Source of the DNA: Abditibacterium sp.
Lineage (GTDB): Bacteria > Armatimonadota > Abditibacteriia > Abditibacteriales > Abditibacteriaceae
Direction of reading: 5' to 3'
Length of the DNA stretch: 64,000 nt
Assembly (NCBI GenBank): GCA_965199495.1
Contig: CBDASK010000003.1
Coordinates: 3,232,001 to 3,296,000 of the forward strand
In this document: positions 52,016 through 61,724 of the stretch, piece by piece
Position numbering within the stretch: the stretch's first letter is position 1
Layout: the number at the start of each line of letters is the position of its first letter
The notes under the pieces: model-generated
Seen by the model: only the letters and a program-made list of their open reading frames with translations
What the model was told of the DNA's origin: nothing
The model's database searches: none
Translations under genes and position numbers: made by a program

Positions 52016-52103
52016 ATGCTCGGCGGGGCTGACGCTCTCTTCCAATCGGCGTGCTTTGGACGAACTCCACAGATTGGAAGAGGGCGTCAGCCCCGCCGAG
52101 CAT
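52016..52103. repeat. Inverted repeat, GGCGGGGCTGACGC family, copy 2 (32-bp arms)
   Basis: ATGCTCGGCGGGGCTGACGCTCTCTTCCAATC ... GATTGGAAGAGGGCGTCAGCCCCGCCGAGCAT. Confidence 0.88.
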
Positions 52104-52129
52104 TTGCTGTAGAACGGGTTTTATCAACC

Positions 52130-52166
52130 AAAAAACGGCGCCCTCACTTTCGTGAGAGCGCCGTTT
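52130..52166 (-). terminator. Probable intrinsic terminator of the 52183-53160 gene
   Basis: AAACGGCGCCCTCAC-TTTC-GTGAGAGCGCCGTTT with an A-run on the left (U-tail on the minus strand). Confidence 0.7.
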
Positions 52167-52182
52167 CATTTTCTCCAAACTT

Positions 52183-53160
52183 CTACCGATCTCGCCCGCC
52201 CGCCCGCGAAAAGCCGACTTCGCGGTCACTGTTATCGGGCGCGTTGTCGGCCTCTTCCTGCATCTCTTTGAGCTGACCAATCAAATCGCTCGCTTCGTGT
52301 TTGGTCAACTGGTCAACCGGCTTGCCGATCATCCGATCCAAATCGGTATCGCGCGAGTGGCGGCCAAATACTTTGCCCGCAATCGCCATAATCGCGCGAT
52401 GCTGCGGCTCGGTCATCGGGTTGCCGCCAACAGGAGCCACGGCGCCATCGTCGAAGGCATCGTCGTCGCGCTGCGCATTGCGGTTATTGCCGCGCGGCGC
52501 TTCGCGGTCTTCGCTTCGATTGTTCGAGCGCGGCGAATAATTGCCTTTGTCCGAATCGAACTCGATGTCTTCCAAATCCTGCGTGAACATACCCGAAGCG
52601 CGCGTGGCTGACAAAGTCGCGTCCACTAAAGCGCGTTTTTTCGCCATCTTCAAAACCGTGTTGGCAATGCCAGCTGCATCCTGATTCTTGTAACGCCGTT
52701 CGCGCGAGTTGCACGAACCGATGCCTTCGGCTTCGACGCCGCCGGTGCGCTTGTTGAGCAGCGTCACCTTCATCTCGTAGGCGACAAAGCCGTTATCCCA
52801 ATCCTCGACGCGATTGCTCACTTCGACCATCGGCGACAGGCCAAAAACCGCGTTGAGCTTTTCGGCGCCCGGCTTGAACAGCGTCGGTTTGTTGCCGCCG
52901 GGAATTACGCCGTAATCTTCGCCCACGGTCATGTGGTTTTTCACGTAATCGCGTAACATCTCGGTGCGGCGCGTCACTTCTTCGGGGCTGGCCGCGAAGT
53001 CGGGGAACACATCGGCGGCTTCAGGCGCCATTTCGGGTTCGGGCATAGTCGCCTCGGCTTGCGTTTTTGGTGCCGCTTTCGCGGTCACAGTCTCTTGCGT
53101 CGTCTCGGTCGTTTCGACCGGCTTGGTGGACGCTTTACGTCCTTTTAATTCTCCGCTCAT
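52183..53160 (-). CDS. Phage-type protein resembling single-strand annealing / recombination proteins
   Basis: DYGVIPG..KPTLFKPGAEKL, EGIGSCNSRE, NTVLKMAKKRALVDA...FTQDLED; small C-terminal helical domain; AGGAG RBS. Confidence 0.6.
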   Translation of the reverse strand: MSGELKGRKASTKPVETTETTQETVTAKAAPKTQAEATMPEPEMAPEAADVFPDFAASPEEVTRRTEMLRDYVKNHMTVGEDYGVIPGGNKPTLFKPGAEKLNAVFGLSPMVEVSNRVEDWDNGFVAYEMKVTLLNKRTGGVEAEGIGSCNSRERRYKNQDAAGIANTVLKMAKKRALVDATLSATRASGMFTQDLEDIEFDSDKGNYSPRSNNRSEDREAPRGNNRNAQRDDDAFDDGAVAPVGGNPMTEPQHRAIMAIAGKVFGRHSRDTDLDRMIGKPVDQLTKHEASDLIGQLKEMQEEADNAPDNSDREVGFSRAGGRDR

Positions 53161-53255
53161 TGTTGTTTATCTCCTGTTTCATCTCTAATTGGACGGATTG
53201 CGGGCATCGCTTCCTTTATTTCACTGAATTCCATGAAAATGCGAAAGCACTCTAA

Positions 53256-53284
53256 ATTTTACCCTGAATCTGTGGCAAAGTCAA
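53256..53284 (-). promoter_or_regulatory. Near-consensus sigma70 promoter
   Basis: Minus strand TTGACT-N17-TAAAAT, about 95 nt upstream of ATG 53160. Confidence 0.7.
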
Positions 53285-53617
53285 GCGAAAACAGCGCGTT
53301 TTTCGAGAAAATTTTCGGTCATTAAGAGGCGTCCAAAAATTCTCTCTTTGCCTTTGTTATTGATACGAAAATCGTTTTTGAGATTGGAATTAAATGCGAG
53401 CGTTAAAATTAATTTTATTATCAGTCCGAAATTTATCTGTTAAGAGAGTTATATTTATCTCTTTAAATTTCGCCCTCTTGGCAAATAATAACATCTTTAC
53501 TCAATTATATCCGCGATGATTTGGCACTTGTGTCAATTTTCTTGCATACTTTGCCCCTGAAAATCTTATGAACTTTTTAGTCAATTTATTGTCTATGAAG
53601 TTTCAAGGAGAAGCACA

Positions 53618-53854
53618 ATGCCTCAAGTAGATACAGAATTCCATTCACCCGACGACGAACAAATCTATCATATCGGTTACTCTGAATCCGATTTCGTAGA
53701 TTTGGAGCAGGTCGATCAATTTCAACCCGAAGTCAAGCCCCGCAGCACGACGAGCGCCTCAACCGATCTCTATACATCGTCACAACTCGAATCGCGCCGT
53801 TATCGCGACCAAGGCGATCCCGGCGAATACGACGCGCGCTTTGAAGATCAGTAA
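53618..53854 (+). CDS. Small acidic hypothetical protein (78 aa)
   Basis: AAGGAG RBS; followed by hairpin AGAAAGCTATCAA-like stem (AGAAAGCTATCAC-ATTT-GTGGTAGCTTTCT) at 53872-53901. Confidence 0.65.
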   Translation: MPQVDTEFHSPDDEQIYHIGYSESDFVDLEQVDQFQPEVKPRSTTSASTDLYTSSQLESRRYRDQGDPGEYDARFEDQ

Positions 53855-53974
53855 ATTCGTCATTTTCCCTCAGAAAGCTATCACATTTGTGGTAGCTTTC
53901 TTGCGTTTTGCGCGCGTTAATTTCGCTTTATAGGCAGAAAAATGACCCTTGATACGCGACAACGCGTCAAACAA

Positions 53975-54397
53975 ATGATGAACAAATTATTTCTTCCCGC
54001 TGTTTTGACTTGTTGTCTGCTGCCGATAGTAGCCACTGCCACTCCCAAAGCCGCTAACACTTCGGCCCGTCATGCCCAATCGTTGCACTTTAGGCGCGGC
54101 GCCACCAATCTCAGCGTGCGCGGCTCGCTGGGCGAAAACGTCAATCGTTTTTATACGCTGAAAATGAACGCGGGCCAGCACCTGAAAATCAGCGCGATTT
54201 CCGATGCGAAAACGCATTCGCAGGTCGTGCCGCTCCTTTTCGTGACGCCGCCGTGCGGCCAATTCAACGGCGACAAAACCAACTCCTACGCCGAAGATTC
54301 CAGTCGCGCCGGGATTTACAAAATCGAAGTCAAAACAAATTTAATGGCCTCCAATGCGCGCAACGGAAATTTCGTTTTGAAAGTCTCGGCTTATTAA
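53975..54397 (+). CDS. Secreted hypothetical protein (beta-sandwich / PPC-like)
   Basis: Signal peptide; LHFRRGA..VRGSL...YTLKMNAGQHL...GIYKIEV pattern. Confidence 0.65.
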   Translation: MMNKLFLPAVLTCCLLPIVATATPKAANTSARHAQSLHFRRGATNLSVRGSLGENVNRFYTLKMNAGQHLKISAISDAKTHSQVVPLLFVTPPCGQFNGDKTNSYAEDSSRAGIYKIEVKTNLMASNARNGNFVLKVSAY

Positions 54398-54583
54398 TTT
54401 TAGCGGCGGCTCCCGCCGTGGCTGTTGTTGGGCCATGCGAACGAGCGAAAATTTCGCGGCAGAGTTGCGAGGGTTTGCGGTTTACTTAGGCGGTCACCCA
54501 TTTTTAGAGCGCTTGTAATCGTGCGAGTTTTATTTTGACAGAAAATCGCGCCTCAACAATAGTTTGTTCCACATTTTAATACG

Positions 54584-54823
54584 ATGAAATTCAGCCTCAT
54601 CGGAATTTTTACTGCTCTGTTTTGGGCTATTATTTGGTTTGCTTTGTCAGGAGCGGTCATTTTTACTTCGCTAAAAATAATCCAATTCTTTCAGATGAAA
54701 TCCGATATATTGACATTCGCAATTCTGCTTCTCTCTTTTCCTATCTCCGGGTTCTTTATAGCCCCACTAATGGGGAGAGGTTTGAAAAGAAACAAAGAAG
54801 GAGACGCTTCGCCGAAGGATTAA
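54584..54823 (+). CDS. Small AT-rich membrane protein with two TM segments
   Basis: 79-aa ORF with two hydrophobic helices and a basic tail. Confidence 0.5.
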   Translation: MKFSLIGIFTALFWAIIWFALSGAVIFTSLKIIQFFQMKSDILTFAILLLSFPISGFFIAPLMGRGLKRNKEGDASPKD

Positions 54824-54876
54824 ATAACGAGGCGCGCGCGAATAATTTTAGAAGCGAGCGAACGATTCCCCGTCTT

Positions 54877-55707
54877 ATGCGTTTTTCGTCTTTGTCCGCC
54901 GTTACACGCACCGTCGCACTCGTGCTATTGTCGCTACTGTTTTTGGTGCCGTTTTACCTGATCGCGCGCAATTCTCTGCTGACCGACAAGCAAATCACTT
55001 CGTTCGATTGGATTTGGTGGCCCAAACATCCGCGTTTCGACAACTTCAGCGAACTGTTTTCCAGTCCCGACATTCCGATGGCGAGCGGCGTGGCCAACTC
55101 GTTTTTCATCGCGATGGTCACGCTGATTTTTCAGATGTTGTTCTCGTCAATGGCCGGTTACGCTCTCGCGCGCATTCCGGCGCGCGGGCGCGACTTGGTT
55201 TTCTACGCTGTCGTTGCCACTTTGATGATTCCCGGCGCCGTTACTTTCGTTCCTTCCTACGCTGTTATGGCGTGGCTGGGCGGCGTCAACACGCGTTGGG
55301 GCATCATCGCTCCCGGACTATTTTCGGCGTTCTCGATATTTTTATTTCGCCAGTTTTACCTGCGCTTTCCCTCGGAAATCGAGGAAGCCGGACGCCTGGA
55401 CGGCTTGGGTTATTTCGGCGTCTATTGGCGTTTATTAGTGCCCAACTCGACCGGCATTTTGATGGCGTTGGGAGTTCTCACTTTCATCGGAAGTTGGAAC
55501 GCGTTTTTGTGGCCTTTGGTCATCGGTCAAGACCCTTCGACGTGGACGGTGCAGGTCGTTTTGTCCACATTTTTAACTTCGCAAACCGTTAATTACGCCC
55601 TACTATTCGCGGCGGCGGCGGTCGGCGTGGCTCCTCTTGTTCTGGTGTTTTTGTTTATGCAACGCTACATCGTCGAAGGCGCCAAATTTTCCAGCGGCAA
55701 AGAATAG
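54877..55707 (+). CDS. Carbohydrate ABC transporter permease (MalG-like)
   Basis: MAGYALAR, EIEEAGRLDG, WNAFLWPL. Confidence 0.9.
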   Translation: MRFSSLSAVTRTVALVLLSLLFLVPFYLIARNSLLTDKQITSFDWIWWPKHPRFDNFSELFSSPDIPMASGVANSFFIAMVTLIFQMLFSSMAGYALARIPARGRDLVFYAVVATLMIPGAVTFVPSYAVMAWLGGVNTRWGIIAPGLFSAFSIFLFRQFYLRFPSEIEEAGRLDGLGYFGVYWRLLVPNSTGILMALGVLTFIGSWNAFLWPLVIGQDPSTWTVQVVLSTFLTSQTVNYALLFAAAAVGVAPLVLVFLFMQRYIVEGAKFSSGKE

Positions 55708-55748
55708 ATTTTATGCACTTTTCTAACTCTCGCGAGGTGACGCGCTAA

Positions 55749-56918
55749 ATGGCCAGCGTTACTCTGACTAAATTGCGCAAAGCCTTTCCCGATGCGCAAT
55801 CGGGGAAGGAAGTCGTGGCGGTCAATGATCTCAATCTCGAAGTGCGCGATGGCGAATTTCTGGTTCTGGTCGGTCCATCGGGTTGCGGCAAATCCACGGC
55901 GTTGCGCATGCTCGCTGGCCTCGAAACCATTAGCGGCGGCGAAGTGCGCATCGGCGAGCGCGTCGTCAATAACGTCGCGCCGGGCGGGCGCAATATCGCG
56001 ATGGTTTTCCAGAATTACGCGCTTTATCCGCACCTGAGCGTTTACGACAACATGGCGTTTAGCCTCAAGCTCAACCGTTTGCCGGGCTTTCCCAGATCGC
56101 TGTTCGCCGGGCCGGACGTGGTGCAGGAGCGCAAAAACATCGACATCGAAGTGCGCAACGCGGCGGAACTGTTGGGCATCACGCATTTGCTGGATCGCAA
56201 ACCGGCGAAGCTGTCGGGTGGCCAGCGCCAGCGCGTGGCGTTGGGGCGCGCCATCGTGCGCCATCCCGAAGTGTTTTTGATGGACGAACCTCTGTCCAAT
56301 CTCGACGCCAAACTGCGCGTGCAGACGCGTGCCGAATTGATCAAATTGCACCGACGTTTAGGCGTCACCACGATTTACGTGACGCACGATCAGGTCGAAG
56401 CGATGACGATGGGCCAGCGCATCGCCGTGATGCGCGACGGCGTTTTGCAACAGTGCGACACGCCGCTCGCGTTATATCACCAGCCGCGCAACGTTTTCGT
56501 CGCCGGTTTCATCGGCACGCCCGCGATGAATTTTATGCTCGCCAAAGTGCAACTCGGCGCGACACCGATGTTGGACGCGGGCACGATAAAACTTCCGATT
56601 CCCGCCGAGCGCGCGCAATCGTTGCAAAATTACAACGGCAAATCGGTCATCGTCGGGATTCGGCCCGAAAACATCTTCGACCGCGAATTTCCGCCGTCGG
56701 TAGGCCGCGAAACGCTGCTCAGCGAAGCCGTGCAATTGCCAGTTGATTTAGTCGAACCGACCGGATCGAAATCGTTGGTAACATTGCGCGCGGGCGAAAA
56801 CGTGTTAGTCGCCGAAATGGAAGCCGCCACCAAAGCGCGCGAATCTGGCAACGTTTCGGTCGTTTTCGACGGCGGCGCGGCGCACGTTTTCGACGCCCAA
56901 AGCGAGTTGGCGCTATGA
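55749..56918 (+). CDS. Carbohydrate ABC transporter ATPase (MalK/UgpC-like)
   Basis: GPSGCGKST, VFQNYALYPH, LSGGQRQR, YVTHDQVEAMT. Confidence 0.93.
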   Translation: MASVTLTKLRKAFPDAQSGKEVVAVNDLNLEVRDGEFLVLVGPSGCGKSTALRMLAGLETISGGEVRIGERVVNNVAPGGRNIAMVFQNYALYPHLSVYDNMAFSLKLNRLPGFPRSLFAGPDVVQERKNIDIEVRNAAELLGITHLLDRKPAKLSGGQRQRVALGRAIVRHPEVFLMDEPLSNLDAKLRVQTRAELIKLHRRLGVTTIYVTHDQVEAMTMGQRIAVMRDGVLQQCDTPLALYHQPRNVFVAGFIGTPAMNFMLAKVQLGATPMLDAGTIKLPIPAERAQSLQNYNGKSVIVGIRPENIFDREFPPSVGRETLLSEAVQLPVDLVEPTGSKSLVTLRAGENVLVAEMEAATKARESGNVSVVFDGGAAHVFDAQSELAL

Positions 56919-58216
56919 GCGCGCAACAAAACGGCATCAATCGCCGCGAATTTATCAAGACCGCGTTCGTCACGGCGGGCACAGTGACCATAGGAGCCAC
57001 GGCGCTTGGGTCATTGGGCGGTTGTCGGCGCGGCGCCTCGAAAAACGGGCGCGTCACTTTGACGCAGTGGTATCACCAATACGGCGAGACGGGCACCAAA
57101 GACGCGGTTTACCGTTACGCGGCGGATTATACCAAAGCCAATCCCAAAATTAATATCGAGATCGTGTGGGTGCCGGGCGACTACGCCACCAAGCTCAACA
57201 CGGCGCTTTTGGTGGCGGGCGGGCCGGACGTTTTCGAGCGTGGCGGCCTGACGATTCCGATGGTCAGCGCCGGACAAGTCGCGCCTTTGGACGATCTGTT
57301 TCCGCCCGACATTCGCGCCGATTTCGATCCCGGCGATTTGGAATCGTTTGGTGTGGATGGGAAAATTTACGCCGTCAAAATGGTGACGGACACGCAAGTT
57401 TTGTATTATCGTCCGTCGTTGCTCAAAAAAGCGGGCCTCGCGCCGCCGCAGACTTTGGACGAGTTGATCGCGGCCAGTAAAGCGTTGGTGGCGCCGCGCC
57501 GCAAAGGCATTTTCTTGGGCAACGACGGTGGCATCGGCACTCTGTTGAATATCGCGCTTTGGTCGGCGGGCGAGGAATTGTTGCGCGATGATAAAGTCGC
57601 GTTCAACACGCCACGCACCGCGTTGGCCTACGAAAAATTGCGCGTCTTGACCGAGTCGGATGCCAACCTCATCGGCGCGCCAACCGATTGGTGGGATCCG
57701 TCGGCGTTCAATCAGGAACTAACGGCGATGCAGTGGGGCGGTTTGTGGTCGTATCCCGAAATTAAAAAAACGTGGAGCGAAGATGTCGGCGCCTTGCCGT
57801 GGCCCGCGTTAGACGAGCAGGGCGCGCCCGCGATGCCTGCGGGTGGTTGGGCGCAGATGGTCAATGCGCGCAGTCCGCAGGTGGACGAGGCGAAAAAATA
57901 CGTCAATTATCTGTGGATCGAAAACCAGAAAATTCAGCTCGATTGGAATTTGAGTTACGGTTTTCACGTTCCGCCGCGCAAAAGCGTGGTAAAATTGGCC
58001 GACGCGCTCAAGGCACCCGTGCCCAGCAAAATCGTGGCGGATTTGGGCCAATACGGCCACATCATTCCGCCCGCGTGGAGTAGCGGCATGGGCACCGCGC
58101 TGAGCGATGCCGCCGTCAATATCGTGAAATTAAACTCGCCCGCCGCGCAGCAGATCGCCGTGGCTGCGAGCAAGTGCGAGCGCGAATTGGAACGCCAATT
58201 CCGTTATCGTAAGTGA
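56915..58216 (+). CDS. Carbohydrate ABC transporter substrate-binding protein (Tat lipoprotein signal)
   Basis: NRREFIK twin-arginine motif, LGGC lipobox, SBP family 1 features. Confidence 0.88.
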   Translation: MSAQQNGINRREFIKTAFVTAGTVTIGATALGSLGGCRRGASKNGRVTLTQWYHQYGETGTKDAVYRYAADYTKANPKINIEIVWVPGDYATKLNTALLVAGGPDVFERGGLTIPMVSAGQVAPLDDLFPPDIRADFDPGDLESFGVDGKIYAVKMVTDTQVLYYRPSLLKKAGLAPPQTLDELIAASKALVAPRRKGIFLGNDGGIGTLLNIALWSAGEELLRDDKVAFNTPRTALAYEKLRVLTESDANLIGAPTDWWDPSAFNQELTAMQWGGLWSYPEIKKTWSEDVGALPWPALDEQGAPAMPAGGWAQMVNARSPQVDEAKKYVNYLWIENQKIQLDWNLSYGFHVPPRKSVVKLADALKAPVPSKIVADLGQYGHIIPPAWSSGMGTALSDAAVNIVKLNSPAAQQIAVAASKCERELERQFRYRK

Positions 58217-58296
58217 AAATTTTGGATGTAGATTTTGCGCGTAAAGAACGACGAACGAGAACATTTTATGTAGGAGTTAAGGCGTTGCGCTCGCTC

Positions 58297-58430
58297 TGTC
58301 ATTTCGAGCGAAGCCGAGAAATCTTTCGGCCCCGCGCCAGCGGAGAAAATGCGAGAGCCTGAACGTGAAGACCTCTTCAACTTGCGCTGCCGCGCGGGCA
58401 CAAGATTTCTCGGCTTCGCTCGAAATGACA
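58297..58430. repeat. Inverted repeat, TGTCATTTCGAGCGAAG family (29-bp arms), inside the ABC operon
   Basis: TGTCATTTCGAGCGAAGCCGAGAAATCTT ... AAGATTTCTCGGCTTCGCTCGAAATGACA. Confidence 0.88.
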
Positions 58431-58485
58431 ATCGCGACCAGCTGCGTAATTCCTACTATCAATCACAAATTTGAAAAATCACACC

Positions 58486-59496
58486 ATGAAATCCCCCAGT
58501 TCCGCGCCCGATGCGGGCGGCGCGCCGCTCGCGCAAGACGTTTTATTCGCCGATAAAAAACGCCGCAGTTTGGTGCCCAAAATTTTCACGTCGGGCGGCG
58601 AGGGCACCGACCGCAACGCGACCATCGCGTTCTGGTTGTTCGTCGCACCCGCTTTGATTGGCCTACTGATTTTCGTGTTTTTGCCGATTTTGTGGGGCTT
58701 CGTTTTGTCGCTTTCCTACGCGCAAAACACCATCACGCCGATTCGTTTCGTCGGCTTCGCCAACTACATTGACCTGCTGACCGACGAAGCATTTTTGCGT
58801 TCGATGAGCAGCATTTTGGTGTTCGCGCTTTTCATCGTGCCGCTCACTTTCGCAGTTTCGCTGTGGCTGGCGCTTTTAGTCCATAACGCCGGATTCGGGC
58901 GCGCGTTTTTCCGCACCGCGTTCTTCATTCCGACGGCGGTTTCCTATGTTGTCGCCTCGCTGATCTGGAAAATTAGCCTGTTCAACTCGCTGCAATCGGG
59001 CGTGGCCAACCAACTTTTGGGTTTGGCGGGCGCTTCTCCAATTACGTGGATTGGCACGATTTCGCCGCCGTGGTTTTGGGTCGTTTTGGTCAGCGTGCGC
59101 CTGTGGCTGCAAGTCGGCTTTTACATGATCATTTTTCTGGCGGCATTGCAGGAAATTCCGCCCTCGATTTACGAAGCCGCCGCCGTGGATAACGTGCGTC
59201 CCGGTTGGCAGACTTTTCGCCATATCACGTTGCCACAACTGCGCGCGACGACGGTTTCGGTTTTGATTCTCAATCTCATCGCGGCGTTTCAGGCGTTCGA
59301 CGAGTTTTATAATATTCTCGGCACGGCGGGCGCCAACATCGCTCTGGCGCGCACGCCGTTGATTTATTTATATTCGCTGGCTTTGACCGACCAAGATTTC
59401 GGGCGCGGCACGGCGGGCGCCTTTATTTTGACGTTCGTAATTTTCGCGATTACGATTATCCAAGGCCGCATCATCGGCTTCGGCGATCGCGACTAA
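58486..59496 (+). CDS. Carbohydrate ABC transporter permease (MalF-like)
   Basis: FVGFANY, ALQEIPPSIYEAAAVD, FRHITLPQL. Confidence 0.9.
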   Translation: MKSPSSAPDAGGAPLAQDVLFADKKRRSLVPKIFTSGGEGTDRNATIAFWLFVAPALIGLLIFVFLPILWGFVLSLSYAQNTITPIRFVGFANYIDLLTDEAFLRSMSSILVFALFIVPLTFAVSLWLALLVHNAGFGRAFFRTAFFIPTAVSYVVASLIWKISLFNSLQSGVANQLLGLAGASPITWIGTISPPWFWVVLVSVRLWLQVGFYMIIFLAALQEIPPSIYEAAAVDNVRPGWQTFRHITLPQLRATTVSVLILNLIAAFQAFDEFYNILGTAGANIALARTPLIYLYSLALTDQDFGRGTAGAFILTFVIFAITIIQGRIIGFGDRD

Positions 59497-60152
59497 AGTT
59501 CGACCATGCGCGTTTCGCCCAATTCGTTGGCTTGCCACACGCGATTCGTCGTCACATCGAGCGCCGACAGCCAGCCACCGCCGTGGCAAAACGTATCAAT
59601 GCAGACGGCGTGGCTGATGTCGAGCGGCAGACCATTTTTCTGCGAAGTGTGCCCACAAATCACGCGTTTGCCCGAAAAATGCGGCGCCTGATTATCCACG
59701 CGCTCCCACAGCAAAACCTGTTGGTGCTGATCGGACAGTTCTAACTCGGCATCAACGGCGCCATGAACGAAAATTTCGTTTTCCGTTTCATAATACTCGG
59801 CCAAGTTATCGAGAAATTCCCAGTGCGCGGCGGGAACTTGAGTCAGGTCGCCATAAGAATGAATCGTCTCCAAACCGCCGACGTTTCCGTGGAACCACGA
59901 GATAAACCAGTTGCGATCTTCGCGCGCGTTTTCCATCCATAAATCGTGATTGCCACGCAGAAATATCGTGTTCGGGCGCGCCGATAGTTCGATTAATCGT
60001 TCCAAAACGCCGCGCGAATTGGGGCCGCGATCAACGTAATCGCCCAGAAAAATCAGCGTGTCGGCGGGCTGCAAATCCACGAATTCGAGTAGGGTATCAA
60101 GTGCGGTCAGGCAACCGTGAATGTCGCCGATGGCGAGAGTGCGAGGCGTCAT
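59493..60152 (-). CDS. Metallophosphoesterase (PPP-family Ser/Thr phosphatase-like)
   Basis: IGDIHG, LGDYVDRG, RGNHD, CGHT. Confidence 0.92.
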   Translation of the reverse strand: MTPRTLAIGDIHGCLTALDTLLEFVDLQPADTLIFLGDYVDRGPNSRGVLERLIELSARPNTIFLRGNHDLWMENAREDRNWFISWFHGNVGGLETIHSYGDLTQVPAAHWEFLDNLAEYYETENEIFVHGAVDAELELSDQHQQVLLWERVDNQAPHFSGKRVICGHTSQKNGLPLDISHAVCIDTFCHGGGWLSALDVTTNRVWQANELGETRMVEL

Positions 60153-61120
60153 TGTTTGCTCCAGATGCGCGTATTCAAATCGAGTTCTGCGATGATGCCC
60201 GTCGCCGCTTGCAATTGGTGGAGCGTCGTTTCGACGCCCTCGAAAGTCAGCGGCGTATTTAGGCCGGGCGGCTCAAACCAGTTCTCTTTTTTAGCAATCA
60301 TCAAATACAATGAACCGCCGATAAAAGCGGCACTTACGTTACCATTAAAATGTTGTTTTAATTTTAATAAACGACGCATGAGCACCGAAGATAAAATGTA
60401 GCGCGCTTCGGTTTGGTCGTTGGAATAAGTCACGAAAGCGCGCTCGAATTCGGGGTCTTCGAGTTGAACTAAAGCGCCGCGCCCGCCCAGTTTTCCACCC
60501 AACGACTGAATGCCACGACCAAAACTTCCCAGACTTCCAGAAATACCTTCGGGCACGACGTAAGTGAAACCAGTGAAGTTTTTATTGAAATCGGCGATGA
60601 GAAATAACCCGTAAAAAATCGTGACGTAATCGGTCGTGGTGCGGCCCTCCGAATCGGTGCGATCTTGCCTGTCTTCGGCGTGAACTTCGCTCATGCGCAC
60701 GCGCGTGGCTCCAATTTGGCCCGCGATTAAATCTTCGCAATTGTATCGGTCGGGCCGCTGAAAAAGATTGGCGGTGTTAAATTCGGCCTCGCTCAAACCC
60801 GATTGTGCGGAGTAACTTAAATCGCCGAATAATGTGACGAGTCGCGGCATCACCATTATTTTAAAACCAACGCCATAACTCTTTTTAGCGTTGCTCGCGA
60901 TAAACGCGTAAATAGCACCGGCGATAAGTGGCGGCCCAATCATAAAAATTTTGAGAATTCCGCCCATGCTGTAAACGAAAACCAAACCGGTAAGCCCCAA
61001 AATCACACATATAATTGCGGTCGTCGCACAGGTGCGCGCCTGTTGCGTGCGCTCGGCTTCGAGCGCACTTAAAGTCGGCGCGAGTTGGGCGCGCAATTCG
61101 TTTAAATCGGAAGAGTTCAT
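60149..61120 (-). CDS. DUF3137-like membrane protein
   Basis: Two N-terminal TM segments; LEDPEFERAFVTYSNDQTEARYIL; adjacent to lemA. Confidence 0.78.
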   Translation of the reverse strand: MNSSDLNELRAQLAPTLSALEAERTQQARTCATTAIICVILGLTGLVFVYSMGGILKIFMIGPPLIAGAIYAFIASNAKKSYGVGFKIMVMPRLVTLFGDLSYSAQSGLSEAEFNTANLFQRPDRYNCEDLIAGQIGATRVRMSEVHAEDRQDRTDSEGRTTTDYVTIFYGLFLIADFNKNFTGFTYVVPEGISGSLGSFGRGIQSLGGKLGGRGALVQLEDPEFERAFVTYSNDQTEARYILSSVLMRRLLKLKQHFNGNVSAAFIGGSLYLMIAKKENWFEPPGLNTPLTFEGVETTLHQLQAATGIIAELDLNTRIWSKQ

Positions 61121-61148
61121 AATTTTAATTTAACCGCAAATTTGTGCA

Positions 61149-61679
61149 TTACAATTTTATCTGTGGCGCCTCACGCGCCCCATTTTCGGCTTCGTAAAAG
61201 TCGCGGCGCACGAAGCCAAACGACGCCGCCAGCAGACTGGCGGGAAACGTTTCGACGGCATTGTTGTAATCGGCGACGGTCGCGTTAAAGGCGCGGCGCG
61301 AAGCCGAAATTTGTTCTTCGATTTCGGTGAGAGAGCGCTGCAAATGCAGAAAATTCGCCGAGGCTTTCAAATCGGGATAGGCCTCGGCGCGCGCCATGAT
61401 TTGCCCGATGAGTTGCGCGCTGGCGCCCTCGTTTTGAGCGCGATTGCCTTGCTCACGCAACTGCGTCAGTGCTTCCAATGTGTCGCGTTCGTGCGTCATA
61501 TAACCTTTGACAGTCGCGACTAAATTGGGAATTAAGTCAAAACGTTTTTGCAGATTGGCATCGAGCGAGGCGAACGCATTTTGCGCGGCGTTGCGACGCG
61601 TTATCAAGCCGTTATAAAGGCTGACGACGATGATCAATAATAGAACGATCAGGCCGCAAAAAACGGAAAGGGGCGACAT
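61149..61679 (-). CDS. lemA: LemA family protein
   Basis: YNGLI, KRFDLIPNLVATVKGY, AEAYPDLKA, YNNAVETFP. Confidence 0.92.
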   Translation of the reverse strand: MSPLSVFCGLIVLLLIIVVSLYNGLITRRNAAQNAFASLDANLQKRFDLIPNLVATVKGYMTHERDTLEALTQLREQGNRAQNEGASAQLIGQIMARAEAYPDLKASANFLHLQRSLTEIEEQISASRRAFNATVADYNNAVETFPASLLAASFGFVRRDFYEAENGAREAPQIKL

Positions 61680-61724
61680 AATGAAAGCGTGCAACTGGGC
61701 TTCATAAGTTTAGTTCAAGAGCGA

